Below are positions 43,876 through 51,462 of a DNA stretch of 64,000 nt, piece by piece; positions within the stretch are counted from its first letter, which is position 1; each line of letters starts with the position of its first letter. The notes beneath the pieces are model-generated. The model saw nothing but the letters and a program-made list of their open reading frames with translations, ran no database searches and was not told the origin of the DNA. The position numbers and the translations under genes were made by a program. Source of the DNA: an uncultured Collinsella sp. (lineage in GTDB: Bacteria; Actinomycetota; Coriobacteriia; Coriobacteriales; Coriobacteriaceae); NCBI GenBank assembly GCA_900541025.1, contig UQIL01000006.1:31519-95518 (forward strand), written 5' to 3'.

Positions 43876-44622
43876 ATGGAAAAGCTGGGAGTTATCGGCG
43901 GCATGGGCGCCGAGGCCACGTCGTATTACTACGACCAGGTGGTGCGTCATACGGCTGCTGCCTGCGATCAGGAACATATCGACATGGTGGTACTCTCCAA
44001 GTCGACCATGCCCGACCGCACGCTGGCCATTAAGACCGGCGAGCATGCCAAGCTGCTGGCGACCATGAAAGAGTGCGCCCAGGCACTCGAGTCGCTGGGC
44101 TGTGCGCACATTGCCATTCCCTGCAACACGTCACACTACTTCTACGACCAGATCCAGTCGTTTACCACAGTGCCGATTATCCACATGCCGCGTGAGTCGG
44201 TGCGCTATGCCCTTGCGGGTGCGGTGATGGGGGAGTGCGAGTTCGACCCCAACCTGAGCATGCCGGCCGAGCCGGTGCACAAGATCGGCATTATGGGCAC
44301 CGACGGAACCGTGGGCGCGGGCGTCTACGGCCGCGAATGTAAGGCTGCGGGTGTTGAGGTCGTCTATCCCAGCGAGAAACGTCAGAACGATGTGATGTCG
44401 CTTATCTACGATGATGTGAAGGCCGGACGTGAGCCCGATATGGATAAGTTCGACCGCGTGATGTGGGAGTTCGCCCGTAGCGGCTGCGACCGCGTCATCC
44501 TGGCCTGCACGGAGCTCTCGGTGCTGCAGAAATACCGCGAGATGCCCGAGATCACCCTCGACGCCATGGACGTCTTGGTGCGCGAATCCGTCATCCGCAG
44601 CGGCGCCCCCTACCGCCAATAG
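43876..44622 (+). CDS. aspartate racemase
   Basis: MEKLGVIGGMGAEATSYYY, IPCNTSH, ILACTELS (two catalytic Cys motifs). SD AAGGAGG. Confidence 0.85.
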   Translation: MEKLGVIGGMGAEATSYYYDQVVRHTAAACDQEHIDMVVLSKSTMPDRTLAIKTGEHAKLLATMKECAQALESLGCAHIAIPCNTSHYFYDQIQSFTTVPIIHMPRESVRYALAGAVMGECEFDPNLSMPAEPVHKIGIMGTDGTVGAGVYGRECKAAGVEVVYPSEKRQNDVMSLIYDDVKAGREPDMDKFDRVMWEFARSGCDRVILACTELSVLQKYREMPEITLDAMDVLVRESVIRSGAPYRQ

Positions 44623-44682
44623 CCCTCGATCTGCCAAAAAGGGACAGGTTTATTTTTGGTAGGTATTATCTGGGGAAACAGT

Positions 44683-44720
44683 AAAGGCCTCGGCTCGTTT
44701 GGTGCGAGCCGAGGCCTTTT
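44683..44720. terminator. bidirectional rho-independent terminator
   Basis: AAAGGCCTCGGCTCG-TTTGGTG-CGAGCCGAGGCCTTTT. Confidence 0.85.
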
Positions 44721-44748
44721 GCGTTGGGTGGTTGCTGTCGGTGGTGAA

Positions 44749-45528
44749 CTAGAACAGGAAGCCGATGGCGATGAGGGCGATGCTGACGATGAGCACGGCG
44801 ATGTCCAGACCCTTGATGGGATAGCGCTTGTACGAGCTGGCGCGTGTGCGCAGATAGAAGCCGCGCTGTTCTGCCGCCAAGGCTGTGGCATCGGTCTTGC
44901 CCACGCTCGAGATGAGCAGTGGCACGCACAGTGGCAGCATGAGCTTAAGCTTCTTGATGGGGTTCTTGGTATCGTACTCGACGCCGCGTGCGGTCTGCGC
45001 CTCCATGATGGCATTCATCTCCTGACCAAACACCGGTACAAAGCGCAGCGCCGTGGTAAAGGTGAAGGCATAGCGATACGGCACATGCAGCACCTCGACG
45101 CAGGCGTTGGCAAGGTCGTTGAGCTTGGTCACCATGAGCATGAGGATGAGTGGTAACGCCACACCCAGCAGGCGCAGGCAGGCCTTCGATCCTGTGATGA
45201 GGCCCGTGTCGGTGATAAAACCCCACACCACGTTGCCATCGCGCATAAAGGCCAGCTGGAGCATCAGCATGATAAGCGCGAGCGGAATCAGCAACTTGAG
45301 CAGCGAGAACAGACGGTCGACGACGCCGGCATAGGCACCCAGCGCAAGGGTGAGTGCCAAAAAGCCCAGCAGCGCCACGTAGGTGTCGGACAAAAAGATG
45401 CCGACGATGATGGCGGCGGCGAGGCCCAGTTTGACGACGGGATTCAGGCGATGCAGCAGCGTATCGCCCGGCATGTAGTCGATGACGTTAACCACGGTGG
45501 ACCATCTCCTTGGTAATTCGAACGACAT
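44749..45528 (-). CDS. ecfT: ECF transporter transmembrane (T) component
   Basis: Y.PGDTLLHRLNP..K N-terminus and Ala-Arg-Gly signature (AQTARGVEY). The start is ambiguous (45528, 45495 or 45474) and overlaps the ecfA end. Confidence 0.8.
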   Translation of the reverse strand: MSFELPRRWSTVVNVIDYMPGDTLLHRLNPVVKLGLAAAIIVGIFLSDTYVALLGFLALTLALGAYAGVVDRLFSLLKLLIPLALIMLMLQLAFMRDGNVVWGFITDTGLITGSKACLRLLGVALPLILMLMVTKLNDLANACVEVLHVPYRYAFTFTTALRFVPVFGQEMNAIMEAQTARGVEYDTKNPIKKLKLMLPLCVPLLISSVGKTDATALAAEQRGFYLRTRASSYKRYPIKGLDIAVLIVSIALIAIGFLF

Positions 45529-47239
45529 CGGTGACCTCGCTCACCTGCGCAAAAGCGGGCGAGACGGAAGATGCCAGACGGCGCGAGAGTTCGATGACCT
45601 GGGGCGGCTCAACGTAGGCATGCTGCATGAGTTCGATGTTCGAGAACAGCTCGTGCGTGCGGCCGCGATCGAGGATGCGGCCGTCGGCCATTACTACGAT
45701 GCGCTCGGCAAAGTCGGAGACGACTTCCATGTCGTGGCAGACCATGATTACGGCGCAGCCACGCTCGGCCATGGTACGCACCGTTTCCATGACGGTCATG
45801 CACTCGCGGTAATCAAGGCCGCTCGTGGGCTCGTCGAGCACCACGATTTTGGGCTCTACGACCATGACGGAGGCGAGTGCCACCATTTGTCGCTGGCCGC
45901 GCGAAAGCGAGAAAGGCGCCTCGTCGGCCGGCAAGCCAAAGCGGTCGATGACGAGTTGGGCACGACGCAGAGCCTCGGCGCGGTCCATGCCGCCAAGCTC
46001 CAAGCCAAAGGCGACCTCGTCGAGCACGGTGTCCTTGCAGATTTGACGGTCAGGGTTTTGGAAGAGGGTTGCGACCTCGCGGGCAATGCGGCTCGTGGGG
46101 ACGGTTGCGGTATCCAGTCCCGTGACGCGCACGCTGCCCGAGGCGGGCTTGAGCAGACCCGTGAGCAGCTTGGTGAGCGTGGTCTTGCCGGCACCGTTTT
46201 GGCCGACGATGCCCACGAGCTCGCCAGGATAGAGCGTCAGGCTAAGGTCGTGTACGGCGGCTCCGCCATTGGGATAGGCAAACTCAACATGGTCGAAGGT
46301 GAGTACGGGTTCGGCGTCCTTGGCATGAGGGCGCAACGACGGTGCATGCGGGGAACCGGCGGGCGCTTGGGCGTCGCTGGCAGCATGTGCGGGGTCGACG
46401 ATGCCCGAAATCAGGCGCTCGGCCTCATCGACATCCAAACAGGGGGTGCCGCTTGCCAGGCCGTCGGCCTCGAGACTATTGAAGATACGCGTTACGCGGG
46501 GACAGTCGACGCCAATAGTACGAAGCTCATCGGTGTGCGCGAAGACCTCATGCGGCTCGCCCTGCAGCGCGATTTCGCCATGGTTGAGCACGAGCACGCG
46601 GTTGCAATACTCCGAGAGCAGGGCGACCTTTTGTTCAACGACCACGATGGTGATGCCAAGTGTGCGGTTTGCCTCGCGCAGGGTCTCGAAGACCAGTGTG
46701 GAGCTGGCGGGGTCGAGTGCTGCGGTGGGCTCGTCGAGTACCAGTACGCGGGGGCGCATGGGGAGGATGGCGGCGATGGCCACCTTTTGCTTCTGTCCGC
46801 CCGAGAGGGTGGCGATCTCGCGGTCGCGCAGGTCGCTGATACCGACGGTCTCGAGCGTCTCGTTTACACGCTGCTCGATCTGGTCGTGAGGGACGCCAAA
46901 GTTCTCCAGGCCAAAAAGCATCTCGTCCTCGACGACCGAGGCGACCATCTGCGTGTCTATGTCCTGCAACACGCTTCCGACGATCTGTGACACATCGGTG
47001 AGCGAGACCTCGCAGGTGTCGTGGCCGTCAACCACGACGGAGCCAAAGAACGTGCCGGTGTAGTGGTGGGGCACAGCGCCCGACAGGCAGGCGGCAAGCG
47101 TGGACTTGCCGGCGCCCGAGGGCCCGATGATGCCGATGAAATCTCCCTTGTTCACGTCGAGCGAGATGTGCTTAAGCGCCTGCTCGGTCTGCGTACCATA
47201 GGAGAACGAGACATCGTCGACGTTGATGATCGTTTTCAT
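45488..47239 (-). CDS. fused duplicated ECF ATPase (EcfA-EcfA')
   Basis: 583 aa. Two Walker A motifs (GPSGAGKST, GQNGAGKTT), two LSGGQ-like motifs (LSGGQKQ, LSRGQRQ) and two Walker B motifs. Confidence 0.85.
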   Translation of the reverse strand: MKTIINVDDVSFSYGTQTEQALKHISLDVNKGDFIGIIGPSGAGKSTLAACLSGAVPHHYTGTFFGSVVVDGHDTCEVSLTDVSQIVGSVLQDIDTQMVASVVEDEMLFGLENFGVPHDQIEQRVNETLETVGISDLRDREIATLSGGQKQKVAIAAILPMRPRVLVLDEPTAALDPASSTLVFETLREANRTLGITIVVVEQKVALLSEYCNRVLVLNHGEIALQGEPHEVFAHTDELRTIGVDCPRVTRIFNSLEADGLASGTPCLDVDEAERLISGIVDPAHAASDAQAPAGSPHAPSLRPHAKDAEPVLTFDHVEFAYPNGGAAVHDLSLTLYPGELVGIVGQNGAGKTTLTKLLTGLLKPASGSVRVTGLDTATVPTSRIAREVATLFQNPDRQICKDTVLDEVAFGLELGGMDRAEALRRAQLVIDRFGLPADEAPFSLSRGQRQMVALASVMVVEPKIVVLDEPTSGLDYRECMTVMETVRTMAERGCAVIMVCHDMEVVSDFAERIVVMADGRILDRGRTHELFSNIELMQHAYVEPPQVIELSRRLASSVSPAFAQVSEVTDVVRITKEMVHRG

Positions 47240-47257
47240 GGATACCTTTCATGGTCA

Positions 47258-47301
47258 TTGGGGACGTTCTTAAATGACGAGTCGTTTAAGAACGTCCCCA
47301 A
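47258..47301 (-). other. intercistronic 17-bp perfect hairpin between the S1 and ecfA genes (no U-tract)
   Basis: TTGGGGACGTTCTTAAA-N10-TTTAAGAACGTCCCCAA. Confidence 0.7.
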
Positions 47302-47368
47302 ATGCTAGCTGTTTGGGACAGTCTTTGGTGATGGGGCCGCTAACGCGCGGCCCGTCCATCATATCAGG

Positions 47369-47920
47369 CTAATTGTTGAGCACCTTGCGCAGGGGGAAGA
47401 AGAGAGCCTGGACCACGACGGCGTTGAAGATGGCGGTGCCGAGCACGATGGGCACCTTGGCGAGCGCGGTGGGCAGCGCGGTACCCATGATGACGGTGCC
47501 CAGGACGGCGAAGAGGGCACCCGAGACCAGGGTGGTGAGCAGGCCGGCGATGAAGGGGTTGACCTTGTTGCCGCCGATGTTGGACTTGACGAGCGCCGCC
47601 ATCGTCAGCGCGCCAGCAAGCTCGGTCACAAAGTTGAGGCCGGGGATTGACGTGGTGATCTGGATGACGGCGGCTGACAGGATGCCAAAGATGGCTGCCT
47701 GGGCAAAGCTCGCCTGCGTGAGTGCGATGGCCAGGGCGTAGGCGGCAATGATGAACTGCGGCTTGATACCCGTTGCGGCAAGCGCGTTGCCCACGGTCAT
47801 GTTGAGGATAAAGCCGGCGGCAAGGAGGACGGCGAGCAGGACGAGCGAGGTGATATCGAGGATGCCTTTGTCGGAAGCGGCGTTGGCAGAAATAGTACGA
47901 GCCTGAGTGTCGGTGGCCAT
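47369..47920 (-). CDS. ECF substrate-capture (S) component, TrpP-like, paralog 1
   Basis: 183 aa with 5-6 TM. The layout and ...GIKPQFIIAAY... / AAVIQITT segments resemble the TrpP tryptophan-transporter family. Tentative. Confidence 0.7.
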   Translation of the reverse strand: MATDTQARTISANAASDKGILDITSLVLLAVLLAAGFILNMTVGNALAATGIKPQFIIAAYALAIALTQASFAQAAIFGILSAAVIQITTSIPGLNFVTELAGALTMAALVKSNIGGNKVNPFIAGLLTTLVSGALFAVLGTVIMGTALPTALAKVPIVLGTAIFNAVVVQALFFPLRKVLNN

Positions 47921-48128
47921 GATGTTCTCCTTAAGGTGGGATTTGAGATAAGAGTGTCCTAGACCCCCACGAAAGGGGTTAAATCGAAAAGGGGATTAAT
48001 TTTGAATAATGAAGCATGGAGACGGCTTTACGAGGGCCCCAGGTTGGCGCGAAAGAGGAGCGAAGCGTACTTGGGCACGCGAGCGACGAATGAACGCCAA
48101 GATGGGGTGGCTCGTAAAGCCGAGCGGG

Positions 48129-48701
48129 TTAGTTGAGCCTAAGGGCCTTCTGGATGGGCAAGTAGAGGGCACCGACCAGAATGGCGTTAAAGACGGCGGT
48201 CATGGCGACGACAGGCAGCATGGCGGCAGCGAGCTCGCCCACCACGCCGAGCATGGCCATCTTGATAGCCATGAAGATGACGCCCGAGACAAAGGTGGTC
48301 ACGAAGGTGGCGACAATGGCGACGACAGGCTTAACTTGGCCGTTCTTGCCGGCAGCGTTGACGATGGCGGCCATAAGCATGGCGGCGATGCCCTCGGCGG
48401 CAAAATCGATGAACGGCGAGGTGGTGGTGATCTGGATCACGGCGGCAGAGATGAGGCCGATGATGAGCGCCTGACCGATGTTGGGGCGCACGACCAAGAT
48501 GGTGAGGCAGAAGGCCGAGATGATGAACTCGGGGCTGATCATGCCGCCCGAGATGCCCGAGATGGCCTTACCGACGGTGAAGTTGAGGATAAAGCCGGCG
48601 GCAAGCAGGATGGCGAGTAGGACGAGGGCGCGGACATCGAGTTTGCCGCGGTCGGCGGTCTGGACGGTGCGGGGCTGGGTGGCGGTGGTGTTCTGAGACA
48701 T
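48129..48701 (-). CDS. ECF substrate-capture (S) component, TrpP-like, paralog 2
   Basis: ATG 48701 (SD GAAAGGA). It is clearly paralogous to 47369-47920 (LVLLAxLLAAGFILNxTVG, SAAVIQITT, FNAxxVxALxxPxxKxL). Confidence 0.7.
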   Translation of the reverse strand: MSQNTTATQPRTVQTADRGKLDVRALVLLAILLAAGFILNFTVGKAISGISGGMISPEFIISAFCLTILVVRPNIGQALIIGLISAAVIQITTTSPFIDFAAEGIAAMLMAAIVNAAGKNGQVKPVVAIVATFVTTFVSGVIFMAIKMAMLGVVGELAAAMLPVVAMTAVFNAILVGALYLPIQKALRLN

Positions 48702-48775
48702 GGTGAAAATCCTTTCGGAATGGGAGTGCAAGAGAAAAGCGGAGGCGCGTGATGCGAATGCGATCGGGCTCGAGA

Positions 48776-48810
48776 TAGAAAAAGGCCCCCGGTCGAAACC
48801 GGAGGCCTTC
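48776..48810 (-). terminator. attenuator terminator in the leader of the ECF operon
   Basis: Minus sense: GAAGGCCUCCGG-UUUCGA-CCGGGGGCCUU followed by UUUUUCU. Confidence 0.7.
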
Positions 48811-48845
48811 CAATCACCTAGAGCGCAAAAACAGGCGTGAGGGAC

Positions 48846-48914
48846 TCACTGTCGACCGATCGTATTCGCATCACGCCACCACCAGTTGTTGAGAGACGTC
48901 ATCGTGTTCTTCAT
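48846..48914 (-). CDS. 22-codon leader peptide MKNTMTSLNNWWWRDANTIGRQ with three tandem Trp codons
   Basis: Own translation. SD AAGGAG (48924-48929) lies 8 nt before the ATG. UGG UGG UGG = 48876-48884. Too short for the ORF track. Confidence 0.7.
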   Translation of the reverse strand: MKNTMTSLNNWWWRDANTIGRQ

Positions 48915-49042
48915 GTCGGTGGCTCCTTTCGTGATGCCATGGCGCGGTCGCACCTAGTTGCTGTTGCGCTGCACTATAGCACAGCGAAGTGTGTGCGGGG
49001 AAATCTTTTTTGAAAAGATTTCAGGCGGGTTTCCCGCCGGTC

Positions 49043-49080
49043 AAAAAGGCGGGCGGGACGAACCGTGCCATCCCGCCCGC
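49043..49080 (-). terminator. rho-independent terminator of the dipeptidase gene
   Basis: GCGGGCGGGA...TCCCGCCCGC stem followed by CTTTTT in minus sense. Confidence 0.8.
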
Positions 49081-49092
49081 ACCAGCGAGGGG

Positions 49093-51054
49093 CTACTCCT
49101 TATTGCGGCGATAGAGGAAGTAGCCGCCTGCGAAGATAACGGCAACACCGGCGACGGCGAATGCAGCCACCATACGGCCATCAAAACGATCACCGGTGGT
49201 GGGCAGGCCGCCCTTGGTGTTCGTCTTGTTGGTGGTTACCGTGGTCGTGGTATCCGACTTACCAGGCTTCTCGGGCTTGGTGGCGGGCTGCTCGGGCTTA
49301 GTGGGCTGCTCAGACTGCTCGGGGGTGCTGGGCTGTTCGGGCTTACCGGGCTGCTCGGGAGTGCCGGGCTGATCCGGGGTGACCGGGTCGGTGGCAAGGG
49401 CGTCCTGGGCGTAGGTGATGGACTCCTTGAGGCCCTTGGTCTCGGTGTTCAGGTCGCTCGGGGTGAAGCGCTCGTCAAAGTTTCCGGCCTTCTGATAAGC
49501 GCGCATCTCCTGGAGCAGGGCCTTGCACTTCTTGTAGGTGTTCTCGGTGGCAGCCTTGCCTGCCTTGTTGGCCAGAGCGGTGCGACCCTCGGTGGTCGTC
49601 TCGGCCAGCATAGCGGCGTCAACTTCCTTGTTCTGCTCGATGAGCTCGTTCTGGAGCGCGTCGAGGTAGGTGCGGACACTGGTACCAAGGGTGTCAGGGT
49701 TCTCAAAGCAGAGCGAGCTGATGTCCATGAGGACGTAGTTAATGGAGTTCTCGGGCTCCTCGTTGTACACGACGTCTTTCGCATTGCAGTGGTCGAAGGA
49801 GACGGTCTGATCGCTGAAGTAGGGGCTAACTTCAGTTATCAGAGCGGAGTACAGCGGGATGGCGACAGAGTACGCGGCACGGGAGAGCATTTCCCACTGG
49901 ATGGTAGCGACTTCGGGATCATACCCGCGACGAATCTGGAAGAGATTGATCTCGGTGTTGCGCTCGCTGCCGATGCAATAAACGCCATCAGTGTTCGCGT
50001 TGAGACCAGGGACGTTCTCTCCGCGGTTGCCGAAGGCACGAATCAGCTCAAAGGTGCTCCAACCAGACTTGCCAGGCTTGAAGAACAGAGGCTGGATTTC
50101 GCTGACCATAGCTCCCTTTTGGACGGGTTTTCCATCCTTATCGGTGATAGTTTTATTTTCGTAATCCGTGCCTTCGGTCAGCTGGCTAGCAAAATAATGG
50201 CGGCCTTGCACATAGCGGGACCATTGGTTAACGCCAGAATCGGCGAGGCTTTCGCCATACGTTTGGGCGACATCGAATTTACCGTCAGCGGAGTATTTGG
50301 CGAAACCCTTCTCCACGGGCATGGACTCGATGTCCTTGGAGTGCAGGCAGTTCTCAGTATCGTTCAGGTCGACATCGTAGTTGAGGCTGCCGATGTTGGG
50401 GTTGAGTGAGGCGACGTCGTCGGCCAGCTTCATGGCAATCCATTGATGGGCAGAAAGCGTGGCGAACAGCCAGGTCTCGTTGTTGTCGGCGATAATGATC
50501 TGGTCGTTAGTGCAAGTGCCCTGCTCGTCGATCAGGCTGCCGAGGAGCTCGACGCCCTCGCGGGCATTGGCGCTCTGGCCCAGGATGACGCTGCCGTAGC
50601 TGTACTCGCCGATGCCGGTAGCCTCATCGATTGGGTCTGCTGCTTTGGCATCCTCGTTATAGGAGGTGCTCAGCGTAGCGGAGCAAGAGACACCCTTCTC
50701 GTTGATACCGGCTTCGGAGTAGGCGTCGGTGTGGCCCTCCCAATTGGAGGGATGGTCACGTACGTAGCTGTAGCGATATGTAGGCTTATTCGAAGTGTAT
50801 TCGAAAGCAGACTCATTCGAGCTGTACGTAAAGCCGGCTTCGTGGGCGGGTTCGATGCCATAGTGCTTGAGATAGCGCTTGCCAAAGTCCTCGGCACGGC
50901 CATAGTACGTGTTGCCGTCGGCCGTTAGATCTTTGCCCATGTACATCTGCGTGCAGGCGAGCGCAGAGGTCGGCATGGACATGATGGTTGCAGCTCCAAA
51001 GGCGAGGCCTATGCCCAGCTTTTTGAGTGCGTTGACGGGGTGAGTTTTCCTCAT
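49093..51054 (-). CDS. C69-family dipeptidase, secreted and LPXTG (LPTTG) cell-wall anchored
   Basis: Signal peptide ending ...SALA|CTQMYMGK (N-terminal nucleophile Cys). The C-terminus has PEQP-repeat spacer, LPTTG, a hydrophobic stretch and RRNKE. Confidence 0.85.
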   Translation of the reverse strand: MRKTHPVNALKKLGIGLAFGAATIMSMPTSALACTQMYMGKDLTADGNTYYGRAEDFGKRYLKHYGIEPAHEAGFTYSSNESAFEYTSNKPTYRYSYVRDHPSNWEGHTDAYSEAGINEKGVSCSATLSTSYNEDAKAADPIDEATGIGEYSYGSVILGQSANAREGVELLGSLIDEQGTCTNDQIIIADNNETWLFATLSAHQWIAMKLADDVASLNPNIGSLNYDVDLNDTENCLHSKDIESMPVEKGFAKYSADGKFDVAQTYGESLADSGVNQWSRYVQGRHYFASQLTEGTDYENKTITDKDGKPVQKGAMVSEIQPLFFKPGKSGWSTFELIRAFGNRGENVPGLNANTDGVYCIGSERNTEINLFQIRRGYDPEVATIQWEMLSRAAYSVAIPLYSALITEVSPYFSDQTVSFDHCNAKDVVYNEEPENSINYVLMDISSLCFENPDTLGTSVRTYLDALQNELIEQNKEVDAAMLAETTTEGRTALANKAGKAATENTYKKCKALLQEMRAYQKAGNFDERFTPSDLNTETKGLKESITYAQDALATDPVTPDQPGTPEQPGKPEQPSTPEQSEQPTKPEQPATKPEKPGKSDTTTTVTTNKTNTKGGLPTTGDRFDGRMVAAFAVAGVAVIFAGGYFLYRRNKE

Positions 51055-51282
51055 AATCCCTCCCAGCGTGCGAAAGCCCTCTGTCGCCAGAGGGCTTCAG
51101 CCAATAAAGACACTCCCTTAGCGTAACGAATCGGAAACAATATTCATCTATGAAAAATACTTACTCGATAAGCGTAATGAAATATACGATGAGCGGTTAA
51201 TTATACTCAGTCTGTAGCTTTAGCCAAATAAAGACGCCCTGCAATTACTGCATCTGGATAAAGCGTCCGGAAATACCGAAAT

Positions 51283-51324
51283 GAAAAATCCCCCGCTGTT
51301 TGGCAAATGCATAAACAGCGGGGG
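51283..51324 (-). terminator. rho-independent terminator
   Basis: TCCCCCGCTGTTT...AAACAGCGGGGGA stem followed by ATTTTT in minus sense. Confidence 0.8.
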
Positions 51325-51360
51325 AGATGATAATCGGATGAATATCATACCAATGTGGAA

Positions 51361-51453
51361 TTACTTCTTCCGGCGGTGGATCACGTTAATCGCATAGCCG
51401 ACGAGCATGGCCAGGACGATGACGATAAAACCGAGCAGGGGATTGTCGTTCAT
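51361..51453 (-). CDS. 30-aa single-TM peptide MNDNPLLGFIVIVLAMLVGYAINVIHRRKK
   Basis: Own translation. SD GGAGGA overlaps the stop codon of the upstream lipid kinase gene, and the terminator follows 37 nt downstream. Confidence 0.45.
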   Translation of the reverse strand: MNDNPLLGFIVIVLAMLVGYAINVIHRRKK

Positions 51454-51462
51454 AGGGTCCTC

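Noticed and set aside
47921-48128. T-box or TRAP-binding leader in front of the second S-component gene
   Set aside because: I found no T-box consensus (…GGUGGUACCGCG…), no specifier-loop architecture, and no series of GAG/UAG triplets at 2-3-nt spacing.
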